Assembly: GCF_009914755.1 (NCBI RefSeq)
Contig: NC_060925.1
Length of the DNA: 64,000 bases
Origin: the human T2T-CHM13v2.0 reference genome, Homo sapiens
Reading direction: 5' to 3' (one strand)
Under the pieces are notes generated by a model. It made no database searches, was not told the origin of the DNA, and was given only the letters and a program-made list of their open reading frames with translations. This document shows positions 1 through 16,834 of this stretch, one piece after another (the stretch's first letter is position 1; every line of letters begins with the position of its first letter). A program made the translations under genes and the position numbers.

Positions 1-262
<262 letters not shown>

Positions 263-710
263 TATTGACTTCCTTAGGGACAAAGTTGAGAAATTCAGCT
301 TGATCTCTGTCTGATTCCAAGGAACATCCTTTCTCCAGCTTTTATACTGCAACACATCCTTTACCCATGATGCTTGGAGGGAGAGGTATATAAGATCAGT
401 TTCCCCTTTAGGCACAGAGAATTAAAAATGGAAGTATTTTTAAAATATGTTGCTTTTCTACCTTAATAAACAGGATATATTGAACTTAGTTTAACCTTTT
501 TTTTTAACTGGAAGACCATTTTGCTTATTACACTGTAGATGTAGATTGACTGGAACGTCATGCAGACCTCATGGTGAGCCTGGACTATGAAGACAAAAGC
601 AACATCTTACAGAAGGTTAAGAGATAGAAAGATCCTGGGGCCCTGAGGACTTCACAAAGAAGAGCCCCTATAACTGCTCCTAGGTTTACACAAAAGAGAA
701 ATGGCTATAC

Positions 711-919
711 CAGGGGTTGGCAACTATTTTCTGTAAAAGATCAGATGGTAAATATTTTAGGCTTTGCAGCCCACACAATCTCTATCACAGCTACCACCTC
801 TACAACAGCTACAGACGATTCATAAAAGAACGGGTGTGGCTATATTCCAATAAAAATTTATTTACAAAAACAGGTGGTGGGCCAGATTTGTTCCCAAAAC
901 CATGGTTTGCTGACTCCTG
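711..919 (+). mobile_element. MER58A-like hAT-Charlie MITE
   Basis: Terminal inverted repeats CAGGGGTTGGCAA...TTGCTGACTCCTG; internal AATATTTTAGGCTTTGC and CCAATAAAAATTTATTTACAAAAACAGG motifs. Confidence 0.85.
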
Positions 920-3900
920 ATCTATGTAATCGAAAGCATGTTATTTTAGGTCTGTCAAAGCAGTTGAATCTATATTCTGAGTTATTTAAGTGCTAATCTG
1001 AGGTTTGTTAAACCTGTTTTTCTTACCATCTGGTTGCTATCTTGCCATTTTTTTCCTCTTAAAAGTAGAGAGAAATTTCAGTTGCATGACTTTTGTGTAG
1101 AGTAATATGACCATCCTTCCGTAAAATTATTCACTGAATGAAAGATCAAAGTAGCTTGTTCTTTCACTCAAAGGAATCATCATCTTCACAGTCCTTATCA
1201 GTTTCTTTTTTAATTTTGGCAGAACTCAAGCATTGTGGTTTTTCAGTATCAGAATCCCCTTTACAAGCTTGTCAGCTCCAACCCGTTTTCTTTTATTTAT
1301 TTTATAAACATTTTTAGGCACACATACATCAGGCACTGGGCTAATCCTCTTTCTTTCACTTACTGCTCTGTAAAGTGAGATTAATTTTCATGGGTAAAAT
1401 TTTACCCCTTATGGATTTTTTTAAAGAATTTGCCCTAAAACCATCAGAGCCATTTTTGGAACTGTATTATTAAGACTTCCCATCTTAGGTAACATTTATA
1501 GTGTCTAGTTATTTGAACCTCTTTGGTTATATCCAAGTTCATTCTGGTAATCTGAGAATCTAAGATTTCTGTGTATATATTTGAGGTTTTATTGTAAGAC
1601 AGAACTAATAGATGGCTTTATGAGGGAATACATGAGTCATGTATGTGGAATCTTTCTACAATTAAAATTAAATTAACTGTGGTTATAATGGAGTAACTTG
1701 CAGCAACACAATCAAGATAAGGAAAAAAAAAGCTATATTAAAAAATATTCATGAAGCCATAAGAGTTGAAGAGGCATCCAGGATATGAAGGATCAAGATC
1801 CTAGAAAGAAGGAAATATTACTGACTTGAACCTGACAATTGGATCAGGACTTTTTCCTATTTGCTAAATATTGAAGAGTGAGTTGAGAGGCTAAGAAGAT
1901 GGGTGGAAGACAGCTAAACATAGAAAGAGAATACAACAGAGCTTCCAACAATGTCATGAGACTGAAGAAGTAAAAGTTGGGTTCACGTGTCTATGGGAAT
2001 TAACACCTGAGGAGCTCAAAGCCACATGGAAAGGGTAGATGGGAGTGCTTCTCTTCTCTGTTCCCCTCACTCCTCTGACATTCTGCTGACTGCTAAACTG
2101 TTGGGGAGCCCCTGTGCCCTCATGACCCAGGGCAATACTGTCAGTGGCAATTTGAGGATTTCCCAAGGGCAGAACCAGGTGTCCAGCCCACTCTGGTGGG
2201 TTCACACACCCCTCAGACCCAAACTGAGATGGTAGGTGCTATAGTGGTGGTGCCACTGCCCCACCTGGGGATTTTAAACCCTTAAGCCACCACACCACCA
2301 GATTCCCCACAAACATACCCCGCAACCTGCTCTGACTTTGGCAAGCATGGCAGGGCCCTGGGGAGTTGTGGGACCCGTGGAGATCTAACCTTTGGTGTGC
2401 ACTGTCCCTAAGGGAGGAAGGAGTGCAGCTCACCAAAGCCCCCTTGAAACAAAGGAAATGTGAACGCAACACCAACCACTGAAGGTGGCAATACCAAAGT
2501 CCAGGAACAGATGCAGGGCGGGGTCATCTCCTGCCTCCACCCCCATACGCTATTGTGGGTGCAGCAGTGGTTCTTCCTGCTGGGGACAGTGAACATGCAC
2601 TCAAAGAAAGCACTTTCCACACTTTTTGCGTGGCTCCACCCCTGCTGAAATGTCTGCCTGGACTTCCATGAAGAATGAAGCCCAACTCCCACTCCGTACA
2701 TAAAGCAGCAGTACCCCAACAACAGAGGACAGACTACAGAGTTGTGAGCCCTGGAGGAAGAGGCTCTGCCCCAAGCCCCATATTAGTAGTAGCCCTCAGA
2801 GTCGTGTACCCATGGCTCCTGGCCACATTGCAGCTGGGAATCAAAAGACAAAGCCTTTATAAACAGGTCATGAGCCCTGTGACAGTGTCATAATAGGAAA
2901 GCAGATCGTGTTCCTACCAGCTCAGGACAAAGAGCTGGTGCATCCCTCATCCTTACCCTGAGACCTTAGTGCACCCCATCATCATCCCTTCCTACCACCC
3001 TAGTCAGAACAGGTGCTTCCACTCAGCACTGGCCTTCATGCTAGCTCTTACTGTTAAGTGTCTGGACTGCAGCCTGAACTGCACCACCAAACAAAAAAGC
3101 CTGCTATCACAAGGGCTTTGTGCTAATCCATGAGATAAGCCTCCTGAGACCTCTACACCCTCAACCCTGCAGGAGATAGTGTGTCAGCCCTTACATCAAA
3201 TACATTGCTACAAGCAGCATCTGAGAAAGGAACACATACAGAGCCTTGGCTCTCTGAAAACAACCAGAAGCAAAGCCAAACAAGCACACACCATACAACA
3301 TACACCATATACAATATACACCTTAGTCATACCCTGAAGGGAAGAAATAATTTAAAAATTTTAAAAGCCCAATCAAATGATAGCAAATTCAGAGATAAGA
3401 AGTGGCAGCTTCCTCAGGTGAAAAGGAATCTATGCAAGAACTCAAACTGTATAAAAAGCCAGAGTGATTCAATACCTCCAAAGGATCACACTACCTCTCT
3501 AGCAATGAATCCTCACCAGACTGAAATGTCTGAGATGACAGAAAAAGAATTCAAAATATGGATTACAAGGAAAGTCAACAAGATCCAACACAAAATTGAA
3601 GCCCAATACAAAGAAATCAGAAAAATTATTCAGATTATGAAAGACGAGATAGCTATATTAAGAAAAAACAAATAAAGTGTCTGTAATTGAAAAGCTTACT
3701 ATAGGAATTTCAAAGTACAGTTTGAAGCTAGAGCAATAGACTAGACCAAGCAGAAGAAAGAATTTCAGAACTTGAAGATCAGTCTTTCAAATTAACCCAG
3801 TAAGACAAAAATAATTTTTAAAAGGACAAAGCCTTTGAGAAATATGGGATTATATAAAGTGACTGAACCTATAACTTAATGGTATTCCTGAGAGAGAAGA

Positions 3901-4761
3901 AAAAGCAACTTGGAGAACATATTTGAGGGAATAATTCAGGAAAATTTCCCTAATCTTGCTAGAGAGATCAACATCTGGATATGAGAAATTCAGAGAGCTT
4001 CTGTGAGATACTATTCAAGATGACCATCCCCAAGACATATAGTCATCAGACTATCCAAAGTCAATGCAAAAGAAAAACTCTTAAAGGCAGCTAGAGAAAA
4101 GGGCCAAATGACATGAAAAGGAAATCCCATCAGACTAACAGCAGACTTCTCAGCAGAAACCTTACAAGCCAGAGGAGATTGGGGGCATATTTTTAGCTTT
4201 CTTTAAAAAAAAAATGCCAGCCAAGAATTTCATATCCCTAAGCTTCATAAATGAAGCTTCATAAACTGAGCTTCATAAATGAAGAAGAAATAAAGTCTTT
4301 TCCAGGCAAGCAAACACTAAGAAAATTTGTCACTACCAGACCAGTCCTATATGAAATGCTCAAAGAAGTTCTAAACATGGAAACAAATAAATAATACTTG
4401 CTGCCATAAAAGCACACATAAATACAAAGCCCACAGACCCTATAAAGCAATTACACAATTAAGACTACAAAGCAACTAGCTATCAACACTATGACAGGAA
4501 CAAAACCTCACATATAAATATTAACCTAGAACATAAATGGCCAAAATGCTCCACTTAAAAGACATAGAGTGACAAACTCAATTAGAAAAAAACAAGGTGG
4601 AATCTTCTGCTGCCTTTAAGAGACTCATCTCACATGTAATTACATCCATAGGCTCAAAGTAAAGAGATGGAGAAAGTTTTATCATGCAAATAGAAAACAA
4701 AAGAGAACAAAGGTTTCTATTCCTGTGTCAGATAAAACAGATTTTAAACAAACAATAGTTT

Positions 4762-5062
4762 ATTTTATTTATATATATATTTTTTATTATACTTTAAGTT
4801 CTAGGGTACATATGCACAACGTGCAGGTTTGTTACGTATGTATACATGTGCCATGTTGGTGTGCTGCACCCATTAACTCGTCATTTGCATTAGGTATATC
4901 TCCTAATGCTATCCCTCCCCGCTTCCCCCACCCCACAACAGGCCCTGGTGTGTGATGTTCCCCTTCCTGTGTCCAAGTGTTCTCATTGTTCAATTCCCAC
5001 CTATGAGTGAGAACATGCAGTGTTTGGTTTTCTGTCCTTGTGATAGTTTGCTGAGAATGATG
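4762..5062 (-). mobile_element. L1PA 3' end (5'-truncated) inserted in the older L1 ORF2
   Basis: TTATTATACTTTAAGTTCTAGGGTACAT...GCTGAGAATGATG is an antisense L1PA 3'UTR; TSD TAAACAAACAATAGTTT (4745-4761) / TAAACCAACAACAGTTT (5063-5079). Confidence 0.92.
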
Positions 5063-5143
5063 TAAACCAACAACAGTTTAAAAAAAAAAAAAAGACAAAG
5101 AAGGGCATTATGTAATAATAAAGAGTTCAATGCAACAAAAAGA

Positions 5144-5432
5144 TTTTTTATTTGAAATGGAGTCTCTGTTGCCCAGGCTGGAGTGCAGTGGCAGAATCAC
5201 AGTTCACTGCAGCCTTAACTACCCAGGCTCAAGTGATCTTCCAACCTAAGCCTCCTAGTAGCTGAGACCACAGGCACAGGACAGCATGCCCAGAAAATTT
5301 TTTTAAATTATTTGTAGAGATGAGATCTCACTATGTTGTCTAGGCTGGTCTCAAGCTCCTGGGCTTAAGCTACCCTCCAGCATTAGCCCCGCAAAGTGCT
5401 GGGATTACAGACGTGAGTCACTGAGCCTGGTC
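5144..5432 (-). mobile_element. AluJ inserted in L1 ORF2
   Basis: Antisense Alu dimer with J-type GCAGCCTTAAC...GGCTCAAG; L1 sequence resumes on both sides. Confidence 0.9.
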
Positions 5433-6392
5433 CAAGGAGATTTAACTATTCTAAATATGTGTGCACCCAACATCAGAGCACCAAGATTTATAAAACAAAT
5501 AAGACTAGACCTAAGAAGAGAGATAGCCATATAATAGTGGAGGACTTTAACATTCCACCAACACCATTAGACAGATCATCAAGGCAGAAAACTAACAAAC
5601 TCTGGACTTGAATTCAGCACTTTACCAAATAGACCTAATAAACAGACATCTATAGAATTATCCACCCAACAATCAAAGAAGATAAATTCTTCTCATCTGC
5701 ACATAGAACATTCTCTAAGATTGACCACGTTTGGTCATAAAGCAAATCCCAATAAATTCAATAAGATTGAAATCATCTCAAACATCTTCTCTCGACTGCA
5801 GTGAAATAAAATTAGAAATTAATGCCAAGAGGAACTCTCAAAACCACACAAATACATGGAAACTAAACAACTTGCTCTTGAATGATTTTTGGGGAAACAA
5901 TGAAATTAAGGCAGAAATCAAACAATTCCTTGAAACAAATGAAAGTAGAGACACAACATACCAAAACCTTTGGGATATAACAACAGCAGGGTTAAGAGGA
6001 AAGTTTATGGTGCTAGATGCCTACATAAAAAAGAAAGAAAAAATTAACAACCTAATGTTGCACCTAAAGGAGCTAGAAAAACAAGAACAAACTAAATGCA
6101 AACCTAGCAGAAGAAAAGAACTAAGACCAGAGCAATATGAAATGAAATTGAGACCAAAAAAACAAAAACAAAAACAAACAAACAAAAAAACATAGAATCT
6201 TTGAAAAAGAAAGTCGGTTATTTGAAAGCACAAACAAGATTGAAAAACTGATAGCTAAATTAATCAAGAAAAAAACAGGGAAGATCCAAATAAGCACGAT
6301 CAGAAATGACAAAGGTGACATTACAACTGATACTACAGATATACAAATGATCCTCAGAGACTACTATGAACATCTCTATGTGCACAAACTAG

Positions 6393-6677
<285 letters not shown>

Positions 6678-6689
6678 TAGAGCCTGAAA

Positions 6690-7875
6690 TGCATATATTA
6701 GAAATAAAGGGTGAAAACAATCAATAATCTAATTTTTAACTTTAAGAATATAAAGGGGCTGGGAGAGGGATAGCATTAGGAGAAATACCTAATGTAAATG
6801 ACGAGGTGATGGGTGCAGCAAACCAACATGGCACATGTATACCTATGTAACAAACCTGCATGTTGTGCACATGTACACTAGAACTTAAAGTATAATAATA
6901 ATAAAAAAGAATATAAAAACACAACAAAGTAAACCTAAAGAAAATAGAAGACAATAATAATAATCAGAGAATGGATTAAATAGAAAACAAATGCAAAATA
7001 GAGAAAATCAAGAAAACCAAATATTCTTTGAAAACCTTTAGCAATGTGATCAAGAAAAGAAAAAGACAAATTACCAAATCTGAAATGAAAAGGGGATCAT
7101 TACAAATTCAGTAGACATTAAAAAGATAATATGATAAGTACTTGATGCCAACAAAGTAGACATTTTAAATAAAATGGCCGACATCTTTGAAAAACACAGC
7201 CTAGCAAACTGGCACAAGAGGAAATAAAAAATCTGAATAGTTCTATTCCTAATAAAGAAATTAATTTTTTACTTAGAAACATTCTCACAATTAAATATAC
7301 AGGCCCAGCTGGCTTCACTGGTAAATTCTTCAATTATTAAAGGAAGAAATTATCCCATTTTGCACCAAGTTTCCTATATAACAATAATAAAGGGGAATAC
7401 TTTCCAACTCATCTTATGATGCCAACATAGCCTTGAGATAAACAACTACAAGAACATTACTTATAAGATAGGAAAATTCAGGCCAATCTCTCTCCTGAAC
7501 ATAAATATAAAAAATCTTAAAATGTTAGCAGATCAAATCCAGCAACATATTAAAAGTATGTCATTATCAAATCAGATTTATTCCAGGATTGTGAAGGTGG
7601 TTTAATATTGAAAATCAATGTAATTCATTACATTAACAGAATAAAGGAAAAAAATCATATCATACATATAAATACAGAAAAAGCATTTGGCAAAATTCAA
7701 TACTCATTCAAGATTAAATATATTAAGAAATAGAGGGGATTTCCTTAGTTTGATATGGTATTCATAAAACAAAATGAAAACAAAAACCTCATCCTCTACA
7801 GTATTTAAAACTTTTCCTCTGAGATTAGAAATGAGACAAGGATGTTTTCTATTCCTACCTCTAGTCAACATTTTC
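6690..7875 (+). mobile_element. Very old L1M ORF2 fragment
   Basis: Decayed A-rich ORF2 sequence (CAGGCCCAGCTGGCTTCACTGGTAAATTC, AAAAGCATTTGGCAAAATTCAA, GAGACAAGGATG) covering RT motifs. Confidence 0.8.
6755..6906 (+). mobile_element. L1PA 3' end (~150 bp, 5'-truncated)
   Basis: GAGGGATAGCATTAGGAGAAATACCTAATG...AGAACTTAAAGTATAATAA; TSD AAGAATATAAA (6744-6754 / 6907-6917) at a TT|AAGA endonuclease site. Confidence 0.92.
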
Positions 7876-7913
7876 TTGTCAGAAGCTGAGGACTAGAAGA
7901 AATAGCAGGTAGC

Positions 7914-8602
<689 letters not shown>

Positions 8603-8639
8603 TTTCTTAAAATTGTAATGTTCCCCAAGCTCCTCGTTC

Positions 8640-9188
8640 CAGTTACTGGTGCTGTGGGACAAACTCAAAGTTTAGAGGATTAAAACATTATCCACTTTAT
8701 TACACCTTATGGATTCTGTGGGCAAAGTATTTCAGTGGGGCATGGCTGGGTCACTCCTCTGCTCCCTGGCTGCAGTACTCAGCTGGCAGATGGGCTAGTC
8801 TGAAGAGTGTGAGACTGTTTCATTAACATGCTTGGTGCCATAGTGGGGATGGCTAGAAGACTAGACACATCTGTGATTGTCAGCTGAAGTGTCTACATGT
8901 GGCCTCTCCAGCACAGAGGTCTCAAGGCTCTTGTTAAGGCTTACTCAAGGAGAAGCCTAAGAAAGCCAGGGGGAAGATACAGGATGTGTTTTGACTTAGC
9001 CTTGGAAATTACACAGTACCACTTCTGCTGCATTCTACTAGTTACTAGTAACTGACTCATAGACCAGCTCAGATTCTAAGTGAGAGGCTCTACCTCTTGA
9101 TGGGGGGCATAGCAAGGTCATGTCGTAAAGCAGCATGTGGGATGGGAGACACTGTGCTGACCGTCTGTGGAAAACACAGCCTACCACT
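8640..9188 (-). mobile_element. ERVL-MaLR LTR (MLT1G/H-like)
   Basis: ATGGATTCTGTGGGC, ACATGTGGCCTCTCC, CACTTCTGCTGCATTCTA motifs; ends GCCTACCAC. Confidence 0.7.
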
Positions 9189-9348
9189 TCTATCTTGTCT
9201 CAGATGGTCTCCCCTACAATAGACCAGAGTTTATGACATTGCATCATTAAAAATATATTTAAACAAATATTCATAATATGTTCAAAATAAAAAATAATAG
9301 TGTAAAAAGTACTTGGAATTAACTAGGTTGTACCCTTAAAAAAAGTAG

Positions 9349-9713
<365 letters not shown>

Positions 9714-10357
9714 TGAGGAACTTGACTTAGCACCAATAAAATGAAAGCTGATTTCTTTCTTTGCTCACTTCAAAATCAAAGTCGCATGTTGTTGTGTCTG
9801 ATATCAGTATGTGGAAACATAAATTATAAACTTAAAATCTTTCTTTCAGCCTTCACTAAAATTAAATGAAAATATAGGCCATAAGGCACAATTGCATTTA
9901 ATCGGAAGGCTTGAGAGGAAATCATCTTGTTGACACAGGTACCATGACCATTCACAGTAATGGGCTAGTCAGTTCCCTCCTCGGTGAGATAAGGAAAGGC
10001 AGCTGGAAGACATTTACATTTCAGAGTCCTCAGAAGCACAAGGACCCAGAGTCTAGACAGGTGGGCAAGAGGATGTATTTAACTGTAATATAGCCTGTTT
10101 ACTTGTGTGTGCATGAAATATCTCTGAAAGAATGGGTAAAAAAAACTAACAGAAGTGATTTCCCGTAAGAAGGGAGAGTGGGTGACTTCTACACAGGTAG
10201 AAAGGAGACCCATGATTGCTATGCCATTTATACTTTCGATTTTTTAATCATGTGCCTATACTACCCACATAGTAAATGATAGATTTAGAATGATACATTT
10301 AAATAAATATGACTTTTAAAAATATTACATTATCAAGAAGTATCAAGAAGCTTCTAG

Positions 10358-10636
10358 GGCTGGTTGCAGTGGCTCATGCCTGTAATCTAAGCACTTTGGG
10401 AGGCCAAGGTGGGAAGATTGCTTGAGCCCAGTAGTTGGAGACCAGGCTAGGCAACGTGGAGAGACCCAATCTCTACAAAAATTTTAAAAATGAGCTGAGT
10501 GTGGTAGTACACAACTGTGGCCCTGCTACTCTGGAGGCCGAGGCAAGAGGATTCCCTGAGCTCAGGAGGTTGAGGCTGCAGTGAGCCATGATCACACCAC
10601 TGCACTCCAGCCTGGGCAACAGGGTGAGACCATGTT

Positions 10637-10660
<24 letters not shown>
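10358..10660 (+). mobile_element. AluJ
   Basis: J-type GATTGCTTGAGCCCAG and GAGGCTGCAGTGAGCCATGATC; TSD AAGAAGCTTCTA / AAGAAGATTCTA. Confidence 0.94.
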
Positions 10661-10667
<7 letters not shown>

Positions 10668-11174
10668 TTCTAAAGATATTCAAGATTTCAAAAAATTCTT
10701 CTAAGACTCTTCATTTCAGACTTCCTATTTAACCTAACAGGAAAGTAACTTCCAACTATAAAACATGGAATGACCACAAAAGCTGGAAAGCTGATAAGCA
10801 TCTTATTGTTCATTAATCTCCTAGCATGATTGTTGTAGGAAAAAAATTTGTTCTCTTAAACTGCAAATCAACCATCCATTCTTATGTTAAACCAACTCAT
10901 CACTATATAAATCAGGAAAGCCCTTCTCTTAGTTAGAAAATGGCTAAGAGACCTTAGACCTTAGACCCTTTGATCTATATTTCTTTCTCTCTCTCTTTTT
11001 ATTGTACAAGGGAGACAGCTATATTTCTCTCAGTAAATCAACAAATTGACATTTGGGTTTATATTTCAGCCTTCTTTGAGCTTGACTAATATAAATAAAT
11101 TTCTGAGAGACTGATAATGCTACCATAGCACTTAGCAGCCAGCCAGCCAGTGCCTCCCAGTGTCAAAAATTCTA

Positions 11175-11501
<327 letters not shown>

Positions 11502-11811
11502 TCAATTATATGGAAATTTGGGTGTCTATAAACAAGGGCTGAAGGATAATAGGGAAATATAATAGTGATGATAATATTAATAGCTTCCATTAATTGAGAA
11601 TGTACTTGGTGCTAGACATCACGAAGAGCTACATTATTTTCTCATTTTCAAAACAACATTAAGCAGGAATTGTCACCTTATAGATAAGGAAAATGAGGCA
11701 CAGAGAGACTGTGATTTTCCACACTCACATAGTGAGCAAGTGTCTTCCAGGGGGAGGGAAGGCAGACAGGGGCAAGGAGAAATGAGACAGCATAGTAATC
11801 AAATCATAGTT

Positions 11812-12266
<455 letters not shown>

Positions 12267-12374
12267 TCAGAGTAAGAAGAGGAGGTCTTGATGCCTGTAC
12301 ATACCCTCAGACAGGGTCTCTGGCCTCTGGATACTTTCTCTTGTTTACTTTATATTTGATTCTACCAGAGATGA

Positions 12375-12952
<578 letters not shown>

Positions 12953-13548
12953 TAGCCCCTTCCCAACTCGTCAGCTCTGGCTACTCTCAGCCTTTCTTTC
13001 CTTTTCCCCATCATCAACACTGGTTCTCAGCATCCTCACTTGTAAGATGTTGGATCCATAAAATCCTAAGCAGTAAAAAGGATTTTCAAGGTCAATAAGG
13101 TCCAATTTCTACAGAGTAAAGACACCTGTCCTGGTGTATTTACATTCTCAGAGGGACAGGTCTGTACCATAATAACAGCTTGCATTTGCACAATGCCTTG
13201 GAGTACAAAAGGCTTTCATGTACAATCTGGCATACAGAGAAAATGATGACATCTATGAAGTACGCTGGGTAAACTGAGATAACTAGTTCATGGGTCTGGC
13301 ACACCAGCCTCTGCCAGCCACCCCTAAGTTTAGAAAATTGGTATCTCAGCATATCAGTAACCTATTCCAGGCGTGGTCGGGAAGTTCCTTTTCTCTAGGA
13401 ATTAACATCATAGGCCACTTACTAATTATGGAAGTCATCCAATGTCCCTAAGTTTCAATTTTCTCTTCTGAAAAATGGGGATATTGTTATTAACCACCTC
13501 AAACAATTACTATGAAAACAAAATAGGATAATTCCTTAAGACTCTTGT

Positions 13549-13865
13549 CGTTGTTTGTTGTTGTTGGTTTTTTTTTTTTTTTTTGAGACAGAGTCTCGCT
13601 CTGTCGCCCAGGCTGGAGCGCAGTGGCGCAATCTCAGCTCACGGCAACCTCTGCCTGCTGGGTTCAAGCAATTCTCTGCCTCAGCTTCCAGAGTAGCTGG
13701 GACTACAGGCACCTGCCACCATGCCCAGCTAATTTTTTTGTATTTTCAGTACAGACGGGGTTTCACCATCTTGGCCAGGCTGGTCTTGAACTCCTGACCT
13801 CGTAATCCACCCACCTCAGCCTCCCAAAGTGCTGGGATTACAGGCGTGAGCCACTGCACCTGGCC
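13549..13865 (-). mobile_element. AluS (Sc/Sg-like) with a (GTT)n tail
   Basis: Antisense dimer with the 2-bp-deleted CTGACCTCGT motif; TSD AGACTCTTGT / AGTCTCTTGT. Confidence 0.93.
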
Positions 13866-13879
13866 TGAGTCTCTTGTTA

Positions 13880-14082
13880 AGCAATGAACTTCCCTCATAA
13901 TATTTAATCCTCTCATCAACCCCTTGTGGTAGATATAGTTGCTTCCCCCATTGTAAAGATGAGGAAATTGAGGACCAAAACTGTTCACATAACCTTGCTA
14001 AGGTCACACAGTTAAGCAAGGGTCAGTGCCAGTACCTGGACTCAGACTGGTCTGGCTGCAATGCTCACCCTGTTAACCTCTA
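13880..14082 (-). mobile_element. MIR
   Basis: Core TTGTAAAGATGAGGAAATTGAGG...AACCTTGCTAAGGTCACACAG. Confidence 0.8.
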
Positions 14083-14085
14083 TCC

Positions 14086-14297
14086 CAGTGGTTCTCAATC
14101 GGGGGTGACATTGCTTGCCAGGGACATTTGGCAAATGTCTGGAGATATTTTTGATTGTCACACCGAGGGACATACTATTGGCATCTAGTGGATAGACACC
14201 AGGATGCTTCTAAGTGTCATGTAATGCATACAATAGCCCCTCACAACAAAGAATTATGCAGTCCAAATATCAATAGTGTCAAGCTTGAGAAATCATG
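14086..14297 (+). mobile_element. MER20 hAT-Charlie MITE
   Basis: CAGTGGTTCTCAA...GGGACATTTGGCAAATGTCTGGAGA...TTGAGAAATCATG. Confidence 0.9.
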
Positions 14298-16537
14298 GGC
14301 TATTTTTATTCCCTCCAACTAGATGAAAAACAAAAATCCAAAGAGGAAGTATAGGTTTGGGAACACTGGTTGTTGTTTTGGGACAAGCCACTGATGAGGG
14401 AGTCAGGCCCCCATTAGGACAAACGTTCCAGTGGGGATGCCAACAGCAGCCCCCCACCCGCCATCAGGCATCTCCCCTGTGAATCAGGCACCCTTCCTCC
14501 TGCTGAGGAGCCACAGCTCTCATCTGCCAAGCGTCTATGGGTCCAAAGCCACGTTCATCCATTTTCTATAGTGTCTACATTCCCTTGACAAGTGGTTGGA
14601 AGCATGGCTTTGCTCTGAAGCTCTGGGTGCTAGATAATTAGAGACAAACCAGGAATTCCATAAAGAAGGAGCAAGACAAGGCAGCCAAGGAGCCAAAAGA
14701 AATTTCTGTTGTCACTTTCTTTCACTGTGATTTTCTGGCAGCCGGTCTCTGCAAAGCCTCAGCAGGAAGGTTGTGGCAGAGAAGGGTTGAGCAGCCTCTG
14801 GGCAGTGGGCGGGTGCCTTGGTGCCCAGCCCCGAGTCTGTGGAGGCTTTTGTTCAATTATTGATGTCTCAGGGAAGGAAGCCTGTTTGGCTGGCTGGGCT
14901 AGACAGGCAATCCACATGAAGCAGGAAAACCATCAGGAAGCGAGAAGAGGGGGAAGTGAGGAGTGTCAGGGCTGTCTGTGTTTATCGACATATAACAACA
15001 TGTCTGGGAGAGGTGATTAAGTGAAAAAGCAGGTTACACAACAGCTCCAAGGATGAGATCATTAAATGAGAGATGTGTGTGAGAGAGGGGCCTTGGGTTC
15101 ACCAAAAAGTGAGTACTAGCTATTTCTGAGCGGTAGGATTTTGAATCATTTCTATTTTCTTTAGGTTTTTCAGAATGTCTTTACTAAGAAGTCATTATTG
15201 CTTTTAGAACCTGAGACAGCTACAATATTTGTGGGGATGGAGAGAAGGAGAATATGTATGCAAGAGTGTGTGGAGTCCCAGAAGCCAGCCATCAGGCTCT
15301 CAGACACTACTGGGACTTAATTGCCCTTCAGGGGCCAGAGGAGCTGTGTCGTATGCTGTGTCTCGGTCACCAGAGAGAAGCTCATTAACATGCCCACGGA
15401 ACTGGCCAGCTCATCATGGCAGGTGGGAGGAAGAAACACTGTTTATTGAAACAAGAAAGGCCCTGGCTCCTGCCTCCACACTGACAGTGCAGGGCCCATG
15501 CAGCCAGCATCTTCTCACAGCCCCTCTCATGCATAGGCAGCTGGTACAACTGTGTGTTCTACACCAGGCATGCCTTCCTCACCAGAAACAAAGAGCCGGC
15601 TGAAAACTGTCCAGGCCTCAGTCCAGAGTCACAGGATCACAAAACCTCAGTGTGGAAGCCACACCAGACGTCATCCCTGGTCACTCCTGCTCCTCCTGAA
15701 GCTTGAATTTCCTCTGTCACATGGTTGATTATTCTGGGCTTGCACCAAGAAAGTGCCAGGGAATCTTACAATTCAGGAATCAAGTTATTCTGTTTTTGGA
15801 CAGCATTAATTTAGGGAGTTCTTCTTTTTTATGAGTCCAGATTGGCCTCCCTGTAATCTCCACCCTTTGGTACAGACAAGACAGTTTTGTCCCCTCTTTC
15901 TCTTACCTGTTTTTAAATCGTTCTGAGGGCCCCTGTCACCTTCAAATACAGTTTAAGCTCATGCTCTGGGTGTACAAAATCCCTAGGAGTTTGGAGCAAG
16001 TGCCACGTATCAATGCGCCCTAATATAAGAAGGAAAAGGGGGAATTGGAAGGCCCTCACAGAGCTGAAGGCTGGAATGCAGGGATCTGCTGGGACCTAGA
16101 ACAGAAGGAGACTCATCGTCAATCTTCCCTGCTCTCCCCTGCACTTATAGTTCTTTTTCTGTCAAGGCCAGGTGTCTCAAGGCCACAGGTGGGCAGAACG
16201 TGGCTCCCACCATTCCTGAATATACTCCCTTTAGTTCTAACAGTCCTGTCCAGACCAATCCAGAACTTCTCAGTCCTAATTCCAAATTCCTAAAAGATTA
16301 CTATTGGCCCAAGTTGGATCCAGTTCAACCAACTGGTCCAGGGGAGAGGGGTAAAATGTGCACATACATAGATCCTGAGAGTCTCTGTTTGAAAGAAGCA
16401 CTTAAACGGGTTATGTGAACTTTGCAGACACTCATAAAATTCGTTATGATCTGGGCGTTGAAGACCTCTCTTGTATCCATCCGTTAGCTCCTCCCTGTCT
16501 TGCTCATTTCCCCACCACTTCTTTTCCTTTTTAGAAA

Positions 16538-16792
16538 GTCAGTAAAGCATAGTGGTTACATCTCAAATTCTACAGTCAGATCACCTGGGTGCAAACTCAG
16601 ACCTTTCATTGGTGGCTGTGTGTCCTTGGGCAAGTTACTTACCCACTCTGTATCTCCAATTCATCTTTTTTAACTGGCTACAATAAAAATGCCTACATCG
16701 TAGAACTGTTATGGTAATTAAATAAGTTAATAGAAGTAAGCCACTTAGAACATTGCCTGGGGTGTAATCACTTGATCAATGTTAAGCATTAT
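16538..16792 (+). mobile_element. MIR (near full length)
   Basis: AGCATAGTGGTTA...GTCCTTGGGCAAGTTACTTA...CTTAGAACATTGCCTGG. Confidence 0.85.
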
Positions 16793-16834
16793 GATGATTC
16801 CCTGTACCCATCCCACAGCTCCAGGAATACTGGA

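Noticed and set aside
3181-6195. ORFs of 164 aa and 154 aa
   Set aside because: Decayed L1 ORF1 and ORF2 pieces bounded by stops and frameshifts.
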